Shown piece after piece: positions 1-12,305 of a DNA stretch of 64,000 nucleotides. The notes under the pieces are model-generated. The model was not told the DNA's origin and ran no database searches. It saw only the letters and a list, made by a program, of their open reading frames with translations. The translations under genes and the position numbers were made by a program. This stretch comes from Octopus bimaculoides (lineage: Eukaryota), in assembly GCF_001194135.2 (NCBI RefSeq), contig NC_068983.1, forward strand, positions 29,913,511 to 29,977,510. Reading direction: 5' to 3'. Position 1 is the first letter of the stretch. Each line of letters opens with the position of its first letter.

Positions 1-339
1 GATTCTTGTTATACAGATGTTCGTCGCTGGCTGAGATTCTTGTCTGTTTATTTATCGTGGTGAAGCTAAGTCACCTAACAGAATCGAAGAGAGAGATGTG
101 CCGCGGTGGTTTAGTTTGGTGTACATAGAAAGTCGTGTAGACGCTGGTGGAGATTGATGCTGGTTAGTAGTAATCGTAGAATCATGTTGGTCATGACGAT
201 GATGCTGGTTAGTAGTCGTAGACTCGTGTTGCTGATGTGGCGACGGCGGTGGTCATCGTTGGCTGGACGAAGCTGTTGATATGTCGCTGGCTGCCGTCGT
301 GTAGTACACGGAACAGTCTCTATAGAGAAACTGAACCGA

Positions 340-560
340 GACAAATTTGCTGGGTATGAGTTGCTCTATTTATAGCGAATTATCGGCTCCCGAATGCTTC
401 AGAAAAATACTCTATCACGTGACCTTATTAGGGGCCGTGATTGGTCAGTTTGCGTTCTGGCGGGAACGGTTCGAAGAAGTTGCCGCTTCGAATATTAATC
501 AGTCACGTGATGACAAGGAGATGGGTTCTCCGCTACGCTCGCGCGTGTTTATATTTAAAT
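340..560 (-). promoter_or_regulatory. CpG-rich putative promoter of a divergent (minus-strand) gene
   Basis: Minus-strand TATAAATA (367-374) and CCAAT (440-444); two TCACGTGA E-boxes (415-422, 503-510); CpG-rich relative to the rest of the window. Confidence 0.45.
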
Positions 561-634
561 GAGAAGATTGTATCTAATGGCGATAGGTAGTTTCACTACA
601 TATATATTACATGATTTAGTTAAAGAAGGTAGAC

Positions 635-830
635 TAACACCTATGTTATTACTGTTTAGGTCTGGTGAGAACAGACCTATGATCGAAGGAATTCAGTCCG
701 TGGCTACCTATCTTTTTGTATAATACCAGAAACTGCAATATGTTTTTCTGTTATTTAGGATGCTATGTTGTGATTTGAGGGTGATTAGTTGTTATTTCTA
801 GCAGGTCAAATGGTGACAGTCACGTTCTGT
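635..830 (+). repeat. Old interspersed repeat family F (further degenerate copies near 4270-4490, 13130-13320, 26860-27070, 37730-37905, 48640-48830)
   Basis: Shared blocks such as gacctatgatc-aaggcattcca-gcc-tg and tgtgatttgaggg-gatt--gctgctatttctagcag. Confidence 0.55.
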
Positions 831-1352
831 TGCCTTTAAATTCGTAAAGTAACCTTGATGTACGCAATGAAATAAAATAGCAGTCTTGTAATAGATAGCT
901 TGGTCAAAATTCCTCAAACTCAACTCCTGACAAAATTGAAAAAAGAGAAAAAAAAATAGTATCTGTCGCGCCGGTAATTAATGTAGATGAATACTATTTA
1001 CCTATAGTAACTAGATTCTGGTACTGGAAAAAAAATAAGGTTTCATATTACGAATTTGCTTCAAAAAATAAAGCAATGAATGGTAGCGAATGATCACCAA
1101 AACATAAATACAAAAGGAAGATTTATATATTTATGTTCTGGTACACGTATGCTAATGAAGAATTAATACAATTACTGTTTTGTCCCTACACTGTCTTTTT
1201 CGTAGTACAGTCCAACTGCAAATAAAATCTAATGTCTTTTTCTATCATTATTAAAAAAAAAACATTTTATACCAAATTAAAAGCAGACATTGTATTCATT
1301 TTGGATATTCTTTGTAAGCACACCAGAAAAGTTTGAAAGAATACATGAATTT

Positions 1353-1662
1353 AAAGCAATATTATTATTAATAAATAGTAAAAAAATTAAATCCAAGTTC
1401 GAAAGCAATTGAAATATTTTATTTTATTAATGAAGTATGAATAAAATAAAGTTTATGTATTGTTAAAAAATATTTATATGTAAATATACTTCAAAAACAT
1501 TAACATAAAAGCAATATTAATGTTAATAAATGCTAATAAATTAACTTCACGGTCGATAGCAATTGGAATATTTTTATTTTCAAATAAAATAAAGTTTTCA
1601 TATGGTTAAAAATATTTTTAATATGTAAAATATATTTTTAAATAATTAACAATAGCAATATA
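1353..1662. repeat. Degenerate tandem duplication, about 150-bp unit, two copies plus the start of a third
   Basis: aaagcaatatt...aataaaataaagttt...atatgtaa recurs at 1353 and 1508; agcaata recurs at about 1654. Confidence 0.7.
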
Positions 1663-1871
1663 CATTTTACGACATTCTCGGAATGTTTCGTCAGGTTCCG
1701 TCAATTTTCGTTCGTTTCCGATACGACCTTCACTTTATCTCTCAAGGTGAGGAAAATAAAGGTCACTGGAGATAGTGGTTGCGAGATAGCAGTTTAGTAG
1801 CTGCTTGACAGAGATCCAGTAAGTGACTGATTGGTTGTGAATTACCTGAGATAAGCATTTCAACACCAAAA
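1660..1871 (+). promoter_or_regulatory. Probable Pfk core promoter / 5' UTR
   Basis: CpG-enriched stretch directly upstream of the ATG after an AT-rich block; TSS not determinable. Confidence 0.45.
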
Positions 1872-2049
1872 ATGGAAGCAAAGGAAACTGCTGTGAAAAC
1901 GCAGAAGAGTACGGTTCAGAACTTACGAGGAGAATTTAGTCGTAACGACAGCGTCATGGCAGTTCCAGGTCGAGAAGGTGCTTATGTTGAGAAGGGTTCA
2001 TATCAAGGCCGAGCCGTCGGTGTTTTCACCAGTGGAGGCGATGCACAAG
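1872..2049 (+). CDS. Pfk: Pfk exon 1 (MEAKET...GVFTSGGDAQ-G)
   Basis: ATG in aaaaATGG context; ends G|gtaata, phase 1. Confidence 0.95.
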
Positions 2050-2245
2050 GTAATAATGAGCTTTGATATCTATTTGCTTTGTTTTTATTAAAAAAAGAGA
2101 AGAAATCTGATTATTTATTGATGCTTTTTCTCCCCCCGACATTTTTTCTTTTGCTTTTTTGTTTTGATGAACGAAAAGCCAAGCCAGTCGCAATCAGCCA
2201 CTTTCTGTTGTTGACGATACTTGCCATCACAAGATGTTTTTAAAC

Positions 2246-2507
2246 ACTCTTTTACTTGTTTCAGCCATTTGACTGCGGCCATGCTGGAGCACCGCCTTTT
2301 AGTCGAGCAAATCGACCCCAGGACTTATTCTTTGTAAGCCTAGTACTTATTATCGGTCTTTTTTTGCCGAACCGCTAAGTTACGGGGACGTAAACACACC
2401 AGCGTCGGTTGTCAAGCGATGTTGGGGAGACAAACACAGACACACAAACATACACACACATAAACATACACACACACACACATATATATATACATATATA
2501 TATATAC

Positions 2508-2550
<43 letters not shown>

Positions 2551-2602
2551 CGACGGGCTTCTTTCAGTTTCCGTCTACCAAATCCACTCACAAGGCTTTG
2601 GT
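2246..2602 (-). mobile_element. tRNA-derived SINE family A, 5'-truncated, with internal (CA/TA)n
   Basis: Reverse complement of the body and (AAAGAGT)n tail seen in full copies at 16043 and 53630. Confidence 0.85.
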
Positions 2603-4144
2603 AACAGCGATTACTAATTATCTAATTATCATTCAAAACCATATTTCGTTTTCTGTCTAATTGCTATTTGAAAACAAATTTCATAAATTAATACTCTAGT
2701 CTATATTACCAACCGAAGTGAACTTTAACTTTCACCCTTTCGGGGTCAATAAAATTAAATACAAGTCAAATACGGCGTCGATTTAATTGACTACACCACA
2801 CACTTCTCTTCGTGCAAATGCGAAGGCTTGTGACAAAGTTAGAAATCAATATTCCCAGACTAACTTTCTGAGTTCTAATCTTTACTGTGGTCAATATTGT
2901 TTCGCTGTGTGTGTTATAATTATGCAAGATTTTAGTGTGACTATTCATTTTGTCCACTACTACCAATTCGCTAGTTGCAGTTCTTTATGGAATTGGTTGA
3001 GTATGTCAAAGATCGGTAAAAATACAATATCATTCAAGAACTGTGGATTTAATTAATTATATCCTTTCTTTAAATTTCTGGGTTTGCATCAATGTTAGAA
3101 ATTAAAGAAATCATTGCTGCTGTTGTCGATTGGCAAGAAACGTTAGAAAGTCGTCACAACATTGCTTGCAGTATTTGTTCCGGCACTATGTCCCGAGTTC
3201 AAATACCGTTGACAACAAATTTGTCTTCTTTTATCCTTCCGAGGTCGATAATAGCAGTGATGTACTTGGGTTGCCATTATTGTATCTTTTATCATTTTTA
3301 TGTTCTTCCTTATAGGATAAAGGGCAGCATTCATGACCCTCTTTATTTGGTTAATATCTATTAACCCTTCTAGATATTAACCCTTTATTTTTCCTGAGAT
3401 CAGTGGAGGGAAAAGAGGAAATTATCCTCACAGCAAGGTCTTCGCCCAAATACTTGCATCTATATGTCTGATCGTGATGCTAAAGCCGGACGTCAGAGTG
3501 AAACAGTAATTATTATTGACAATAATCACAATCTTACTGATTTCTAACATCTAGTAAAATCTATCTTGTTATATAATTAACATGTTTTGTTGTTCTTACA
3601 AGTGGATGATAGGGGTAAGAAATAACAGGTTGAATTCGATATGCAACTGCTACTTCTTTCTCGAACAACACTACTAGTACGAGTGACGCAACGAAATGTC
3701 AAGTTTATATTTATTTTTAATCGTCATTCGTCCTTCACCTTATACAGTAGGTTGAAGGACAATTTTTATATCTACACATTTATCAACGAATTACTTTGTA
3801 TTCTTATACCAATGTCTAATTTACCTTAGACAATATGGTTTTAATGTTTTAATCATTGTTATTTCACAAGTAGAACCAGTGCAGAGTGTATTACAAGTAC
3901 TATTGGCACTGTCTTTTTTTTTCAGTTTTTTTTTCTTAAATATAACTGGAGCGAGAACAACACATCCCACAAAGTGTCCTTCCTCTTTTAACACAGTAGG
4001 GTCTAATTTGAAGGACATTTGGCTGCTGTTTTCAGCATGTCGAGTGATTTTGCTGTGTATAGGCCCACTCAAAATCACTCAGTATCTGGATAAATAAGTG
4101 TCTATAAAATTTTGAAACTGTTTATATTTGTACAACTCACTCCA

Positions 4145-4146
<2 letters not shown>

Positions 4147-4200
<54 letters not shown>
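4147..4200. repeat. (TA)n microsatellite
   Basis: Perfect run. Confidence 0.95.
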
Positions 4201-4203
<3 letters not shown>

Positions 4204-5195
4204 TGAGCAAGCTTATGATCAGAAACGTTTCAGCCATGACCAACTTTTTTTTTTTTTTTTATACCTACGAATACATTATCCTCTATGTACATTTTAAAAG
4301 ATAAGACTGTAGGATGTAATTTGAGGAAATTTGACTGTTGTTTCTAACAAGTCGAACGACTGTATCGAGGCTCCCTTAGCTCGTGATATTTTTTATACCA
4401 ATATATCCTTTAGAACGATAAGGATATGATTTTGAAGGAGACGTGGGTGCTATTTTTAGCAGATCTAGCAACCAGATAAGGACTACCTTAAGTGTGTGTT
4501 AAGAGGATATATTTAGTCTTCATTATCACTAGTTTCTCCTTGTTACGAATCTAAGTTTGTCTCCATTTCATGTTTCTAACCCACCGCCTAGAAATTTATG
4601 CACAATTCGTTTCCGCGATTAAATTAATATTCATTTATTTTATTAATGGTTGTTGCTATTTTCGTATTTTGGGACAAACAAAATTGCAACGCTATTTGTA
4701 TTCTACACTTCTAATAATCCCAAGAAAAGCATGAATGTTACAACATACTAGCTACACAGTCTCTTGAAATAAAGTTTCAGACCTCTGCTGAAGAGTCGCC
4801 AAGTTATAAGATTATCATCATTATTATTATTATTATTATGATAAATAAATCTAGGACTTGGTTATTTTGTTTATTTTGTCTTCTTTCTGTCATAATTGTA
4901 ACTCCTTTTACTTTATATATAATTTTTAGTCCCTGGAGCTTTATATGTAGGAACCTAATTCTTGTTTATGGTTTGTTTTTATTTAAATTTTTGTTAACGA
5001 TTAGATGTTCTGTCAATCCAATTACTCTAATTTACTTCGTCCTCAATTAAACATGATTATGTTGTATTGTAGTGGGTAATTTCGCTGTTTTCTTTTAGAG
5101 ACGAATCAGTTCCAATGGATAGCTAAAACACTGAAAGCACCTTATCAGAACTGCTTCAGCAACTTCGAAAGAAAACATTTAATTAATTCAATGTT

Positions 5196-5197
<2 letters not shown>

Positions 5198-5249
<52 letters not shown>
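5198..5249. repeat. (CA)n microsatellite
   Basis: Perfect run. Confidence 0.95.
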
Positions 5250-5251
<2 letters not shown>

Positions 5252-5942
5252 CGTTCATTGTATTTCATTTTATTATCAGCAGATCAAATACTGTGAAAAT
5301 TGGTTAAAACAAGATCAATAATAATTACTAGAGTTGCTTGAGGAAATTTCACGTTTTAATGCATTTATTTTGATGTATTAACCTTCTTGGATATGAATAA
5401 CTCATTTCATTTCTCACTGTCATTCAGTATTTCTTCATATATATTCGAAGTTGACCACTATGCAGACGTACACCCCCCTCCCACACAAAGTTAAATAAGA
5501 TTCGAGTAAAAACCTTGTAGAATGCTTTGCAAGCTCATCCACAGTTATTGGCTACCTGATGTCATCATACAGTGGAAATGTTCCTGCTACTATGTATACA
5601 TCAGGAATTCCATAGTATCCATGGAGTTTATATAAACAGATAAATGATAGAAAATGAAACAAATGACATCCTTTATTTAAAATCACTACAATTCTTTCGA
5701 TACTTTTACACTTTTAGTGTGATGAAGTGCTGAGGAGTATTTTTTATCATATATCCAAGTTGTAAAAGGCATATTCTGAGGTGATTGATTGTTTTTAAGT
5801 AATCACCTGAGGAGGTGAAATTTACATTTTGGATGTATGATAATGATTACACAACTTTTCACCAATGTACTAAAGGTGTAAAAATATGGGGAAACAATTT
5901 TAATGATTTTAAATGAAGTATGTCATTCATTCCATTTTCTGT

Positions 5943-5974
<32 letters not shown>

Positions 5975-5979
<5 letters not shown>

Positions 5980-6248
5980 CTAGACTGGCTCCTGTGCAGG
6001 TGGCACATAAAATACACCATTTTGAGCGTGGCCGTTGCCAGTACCGCCTGACTGGCCTTCGCGCTGGTGGCGTGTAAAAGCACCCACTGCACTCTCGGAG
6101 TGGTTGGCGTTAGGAAGGGCATCCAGCTGTAGAAACTCTGCCAAATCAGATTGGAGCCTGGTGTAGCCATCTGGTTCACCAGTCCTCAGTCAAATCGTCC
6201 AACCCATGCTAGCAAGGAAAGTGGACGTTAAATGATGATGATGATGAT
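5975..6248 (+). mobile_element. (GAT)n-tailed retroposon family D, 5'-truncated
   Basis: Conserved 3' block ctcggagtggttggcgttaggaagggcatccagctgtagaaactctgcc...ggacgttaaa-(gat)n. Confidence 0.85.
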
Positions 6249-6878
6249 CGATATGTGTGTTAGTGGCATGGTACAAATTTGTGAGACATTCTAAAAATTC
6301 TGCATTTGAAATTCTTTAAATGAATATATGCACACACTTGGTTGTGTGCATCTACAAAGACTTATGCAAAAGGTAATCATGTGCACGCACACACACACAC
6401 ACACACACACACATGTACTGAAGATACATGTCCACAGAGAATGTAAGTGCTGGTGCATACTTCTACAAATATGCACGCTAACTGAACCATGTGTTAACAG
6501 ACCCTGAGAACTGTCTTAACTCAAGGAGTGTTGTTACTTTGTTAGCAAGTGACTTGAATTCCTGAAGAACATGAATAAATCCCAACAGAAACAGCTATAT
6601 ATGCTATTGGCACCTTATACACATGTGCATTCACACATATGCAGTATAAGCTCACACTATATGCACACATTTATGTCTAACATAAACCACACTTGTATAC
6701 AGTCATACACATGAACACATATACACATTACTGCTGGTAAAACATGCTCCTAGAGACACCTATACATACACATACAGATGTTTACCCATGCATATACACA
6801 CATATGGACTCACATCTCACAAATACACATGCATCTATATATGCATATGTTTACAAACTTCTATCTCACATGCCTATG

Positions 6879-6930
<52 letters not shown>

Positions 6931-7317
6931 NNNNNNNNNNNNNNNNNNNNNNNNNNNNNNNNNNNNNNNNNNNNNNNNNNNNNNNNNNNNNNNNNNNNNN
7001 NNNNNNNNNNNNNNNNNNNNNNNNNNNNNNNNNNNNNNNNNNNNNNNNNNNNNNNNNNNNNNNNNNNNNNNNNNNNNNNNNNNNNNNNNNNNNNNNNNNN
7101 NNNNNNNNNNNNNNNNNNNNNNNNNNNNNNNNNNNNNNNNNNNNNNNNNNNNNNNNNNNNNNNNNNNNNNNNNNNNNNNNNNNNNNNNNNNNNNNNNNNN
7201 NNNNNNNNNNNNNNNNNNNNNNNNNNNNNNNNNNNNNNNNNNNNNNNNNNNNNNNNNNNNNNNNNNNNNNNNNNNNNNNNNNNNNNNNNNNNNNNNNNNN
7301 NNNNNNNNNNNNNNNNN
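6931..7317. other. Assembly gap (others at 15830-16035, 41349-41799, 56229-56238, 59039-59533)
   Basis: N runs; all except the 10-N gap adjoin microsatellites. Confidence 0.99.
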
Positions 7318-7637
7318 TCCCACTGTGTGGCATCTTGGGCAAGTCTGACCAAAGCCTTGTGAGTGGATTTAGTAGACGAAACTGAAAGAAGCCTGTTGTA
7401 TATATGTATATATATGTATGTGTGTGTATATGTTTGTGTGTCTGTTTGTCCGCCAACATCGCTTGACAACTGATGCTGGTGTGTTTACGTCCCCGTAACT
7501 TAGCAGTTCGGCAAAAGAGACTGATAGAATAAGTACTAGGCTGACAAAGAATAAGTCCTGGGGTCTATTTGTTCGACTAAAGGCAGTGCTCCAGCATGGC
7601 CACAGTCAAATGACTGAAACAAGTAAAAGAAAAGAGT
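7318..7637 (+). mobile_element. SINE family A (head lost in gap)
   Basis: Same body and tail as the other family A copies. Confidence 0.85.
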
Positions 7638-8099
7638 ATACTTCATGTCCTATGAAAATCGAAGATGATAATTATCATACAGTCAATTTTGGTTATGTCA
7701 TTCATTAGTTAAGGTTGTTTAAAGCATATCACACAAACGTCATGACAAAAAGAATAATGATAATAAAGTATTGCATTTGTCATCAAAAACTTATCACAGT
7801 AATATGCTAATCATGCAGATCTACTTTGATATGATTCTGAGTGTCTTTAATGGTTTCTTAAACTAAGTGCTGGGTTGTAGCATCATTTGTTGAATAAAGT
7901 CTTTGGTATACAAATCTCTCATTGTTGCTTTTTACAACAATTCATTCAACTATTTGGATATGGATATGCATTCTGTATCTCAACCGACTCAAGACAATTC
8001 ATTCTCAATCAATAATTATTATCTCCTGAACTATTATCACATATTGTGATACTCATGAGAAAATGATAAATTCCTTGAACTGGTAACTGAGGTTTTTGT

Positions 8100-9640
8100 G
8101 AGACGCCAACACCTAACACACGAGTAACACCAAATTTGCTTCTGAGATCAATTGCTTCATGCCTTAAAACTTCTGACTAAAGAATGCAATTTCATGACTG
8201 TTGTTGGAACAGTATATGTAAAATTCCATAATGTTTGGCTTTTTTTCTTTTTCTGCAAGATTACCTGAAAATAAAACACCAAATTTGAGCCAAAGCATTG
8301 ACCTTAGCTTAAAAGAATGCTAGCATTTATCAATGATAGCTTTGTAAATGATGCTATTGTTAGAAAGAACATCAAACAGGATACTATTTCAGCAACTTCT
8401 CGGAAGGAATTTTTTGGTTCGGATTGAATATAAATATAAGAGTTAGATCATGGATTGTGAGGATATGTAAAATGGGTATTTGGAATGCTGAGTTGTATAA
8501 AGACTGGTCACTATTTGTATATCATCTCTTCTCAGATTTAATACTTGGATGATTTCATGTCTCAGCATTCTTTACACCTTTTCCTAATTTAACTCCAAAT
8601 GCAAAACCCATTGATATAATTGTTTGAAGATATTCTGTGAACAATTGCAAATTAATAAAACAAAAGGTAAACTGCCTAATCAAAGAAGGCATCACAGAAC
8701 CAAGTAATTCCTCTTGAAGAGCTCAGTTTACAAGAAGAAACAAGAATCACAAAAAGCACCTTGAAATTGGTTTCTCAACCATTGTTAATATTTTATGATC
8801 TTGATGTTTTACCTGTTTGTCATTGACTAATTACTAGTACATACTGTCACAACATTTATGTATCAAGGAAGTTGTAATGCATACCAATTAACAACTACCA
8901 CTGGTAGCTAAAGACTGTTCTTATACTGATTTTCAAGCTTTAGAGCAATTTTATCAGTATACAGGACTTCCAGTTGCCTTATGGATGCAATGACACAGAT
9001 TTCCAACAAGTTACAAGACACATTATCTCATAGAATAACCATAAATTCATCTATTTATATAAGAATAACCTTATTCTGTGCTGTAATTCTATTGACCATC
9101 AAGCCAAAATTCTAAAGACATTTCTGTTTTGCACAAAAGATATCAACATAAATATTTTCAGGTAAACAAGTATCAATTTCCTTCGTTATTACATTCAAGA
9201 CCATGAAATAACACCTGATCCTGATAGATTATTTCCTCTTAACAATCAATACAGTTCCTTCTTCAAATAAGGAACCTGAAAAAATATTGTTGCTAGTTTG
9301 TTACAGCAATTGAATGATACATTTTCTGATAAATACACCACTTTTCTCATTTTTCAAAAAGCTATTAACTACTTTCAAAAAAATTGAGACTAGTACAGAA
9401 AATGCCTGACTTCACACTATTGACAACTCATAGATTGGCACCTCAGATGTTGCTCTAGCTATAAACATTATCACAAGAAAATCCTATTGCTATTTTCTCT
9501 TGTACCCTTTCTAACAGTAAATAGTGGTATCATTTCTGTAACTCTTAAAACCTGCCATCATAATTTAAGTAAGAATCTTTCGTTATTTCAAACACGTTCT
9601 TTAGAACATTTTAGTCCGTTTACTGAAACTTTCTAAATTC
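8100..9640 (+). mobile_element. Decayed Gypsy-type LTR retrotransposon pol (RT-RNase H) in Pfk intron 1
   Basis: 8583-8730 reads PNLTPNAKPIDIIV*RYSVNNCKLIKQKVNCLIKEGITEPSNSS*RAQ, like a Gypsy RT N-terminus. DPDRLFPL and SDVALA...NPIAIFSCTLS (RNase H-like) follow. Many stops and frameshifts; no LTRs found. Confidence 0.75.
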
Positions 9641-9817
9641 TCAATTATTTTCAAGGCAAACAAAAACTAAAAATAAATTTAAAAAATAATGCTTTACTAA
9701 TATGTAAGCCTGTGAAAATATGAGAGGTCATAAATTATGCTGAAAAAATTCCTGAAATTGCTCTCTTTTCTACCTACCAACCGACTACTTTCTCTTTCAA
9801 ACATTTACAAATGCATA

Positions 9818-9819
<2 letters not shown>

Positions 9820-9896
<77 letters not shown>
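9820..9896. repeat. (CT)n microsatellite
   Basis: Perfect run. Confidence 0.95.
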
Positions 9897-9898
<2 letters not shown>

Positions 9899-11589
9899 GT
9901 ACACATAGACCAACATTGTGTTGATGTGTGAATAAAAAAGAAAATGGAATGATCACACAGCTGGAATACCTTACTCACAGGCAGCTTTTATCAGAGCTGA
10001 CACAGAACTAAACAATATGTTGAATGCACATAAGAAAATTATTTTTCTGGATTAGTTTTGTAAGGTTCATTACTGGTTTAATATATAACTGTTAGTATAA
10101 TGAATTATCAATAAGACTGCATAAAAATGTGTTACTTAAGAAGATAATTAATTTGACAAACAATTGTTTTGCACTGTGCATATTGATCCAATAATTTATT
10201 GATAAAATCTTTTGAAACATACTTAATCTACAAAATATAAGATCTACATTTATTAAGCAAGTCACATAAATTAATGATTAGTTGTAATAGCACCTCTTTA
10301 ATACTTTATTTGCACAATGTTTAAGGCAAGTAGGTCTATCAGAATAATCCCTCTGCAAGTGTCATTTACAGGAGGATTTAAATTCAGCAACAAAATATTT
10401 ATTTATTCTGTTGTGTGTATATGTGTGTGTGTGTGTGTGATGGTTTTAAAACATGGCTGGTTGTTCTAGATTTCTGAACATAATCTCACGTAGCACATTT
10501 TTTATTTTTTATTTTTTATCTTGTTATTACACCTTCACATTTCTGTATGACACGATAAACTTCCTAAAATTATATTTGTATGTGGAATAGTTAATCAGGC
10601 ATATGTTAGGTTTTTCCCTTTTTCCCCCTTTTTTTTTTCTTTTTGCTTTGTGTATTAAAATAAATTTAAATGTAAATTCTAGAAAATGTATAATTGTATA
10701 TAACAATTTATCTGATATTCTTCAAAACAGATTTATACCTTAATGGCCCAACATAAAAAAATGTTATTGCACAGAGTATCATCATTTTAAATAAGGCTGC
10801 ATGTTTCATTGAATGCAATTTAAGAGAAAATGAAATATTTGGTGTTTGAAAAAAATTTGGCTTGAATGGAAAAAGGGACAATAAATGATGATGACGATAA
10901 TAAAGGAATTGTCTTACCCTTGCCTTTTTACAGGATTTCCAAGATAACTGTAGTGGGGACAAAACCCTAAGTCATGAATTTGCTACAGTGAAAAGGAACA
11001 CAATCTAGATATTGATTTATGCTCTGTCTCAAGATCTGTTCCAAAATGCTGACAACATAGAATCCTCTAAAAACTATGTGCTTTTAGTAGATTTAGGGCC
11101 AGACAGTGGTGTTAAACTGAGCAATGGATTAAGTCTCTCACCAAATGACAGTTGTAGTAGATATTGATGCCAACGATTCATCAGGTTCTGTATATCAAAG
11201 TAACATCACATGTGGTTGAAAGTCTAAAATGCATTAATCATGAAGAAATATAGAAAAATTGTTTATTAATGATAAAATCTAATTCTAAACATTAAAATGA
11301 CTTTTATTGATAAATGTGCAGTATGTAGGTACTTTATGTTTAGCTCAAGTTATCTTTTAGTTAGCTTGATAATAATTATGGGAATGTTTTAGGTGTTTGA
11401 TGATGACTGTAAATAACAAATGCAATGTTGTATATTTATTTTAAAATTATAATATCCCTTTTTAGACTGTCATTCAATTAAGTGTATTTAGATTATTGAA
11501 GCATTTTATTTATAAATTGAATCCAAAAGTATATTCAAAGTTTGTAAATCTGATAACCCTAAATGTTTTTTTTTTTCTGTTATATTATT

Positions 11590-12305
11590 ATTCATTTATT
11601 TTTTTTAATGGAAGTAACTGGACCCATGATCTAGAGTTATGTTCATCTTAGGAAAAACATGGGTAGGGAAGGAATTCCAGAGGCCTGACACTTTGTAGAA
11701 AGTGATTAATATGAAACTTGGTTTGAGGAAACACTATGGATGATGAGAGGAACTCATCTCAAGTGAACTTTGGTGTAGGTGATACATAACCGGCTTATTC
11801 TGAGGAGCTGAGGTCATTATATTATTAGAATGCACCTGTGCTGTGTTTATGCAGCGCTGACATGAGTGCGTTAATACTGCATCGACACAGGTACTTTTTA
11901 AGTGGTGCCGGGACGACTTGAAAAGCATCCATGCTGGTGGTGCATTGGCATACCCATGATGGTGACACATAAAAAGCACCCAGTGCACTCTGTTAAGTGG
12001 TTGGCATTAGGAAGGGCATCCAGTTATAGAAACCATGCTATAACAGACAGTTGGACATTAAACGATGATGATGGTAAAGGCAGGGTGAGGTGAGAGTGCA
12101 TCTGAGTAAGAGGTTGAAATGTGTTGGTGAATGACTTCCCATCATTTGAATGGCTTTTTAATGGGGCTGCAGGATAAGATGTTCAGGTGTGGAGCAGCAG
12201 TACTTCCAAGATGTAGAGTGAAATATTCTACTAAAGGCCTCACCTGGACTATGAAGAGTAAAAAATTGTGAGAAGCCAAGTATTTTCTAGCTTTAAAGAA
12301 AAAAG
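11590..12305 (-). mobile_element. CR1/L2-superfamily LINE 3' relic interrupted by a family D-like fragment (about 11880-12075)
   Basis: Minus-strand ARKYLAS...VQVRPLVEY and LWNSLP-like (ctctggaattcc) segments typical of the LINE ORF2 C-terminus. Confidence 0.55.

Noticed and set aside
6744-7469. Long ORFs across N-gaps and microsatellites (also 15726-16268, 41104-42002, 58921-59717)
   Set aside because: Artefacts of N runs and dinucleotide repeats
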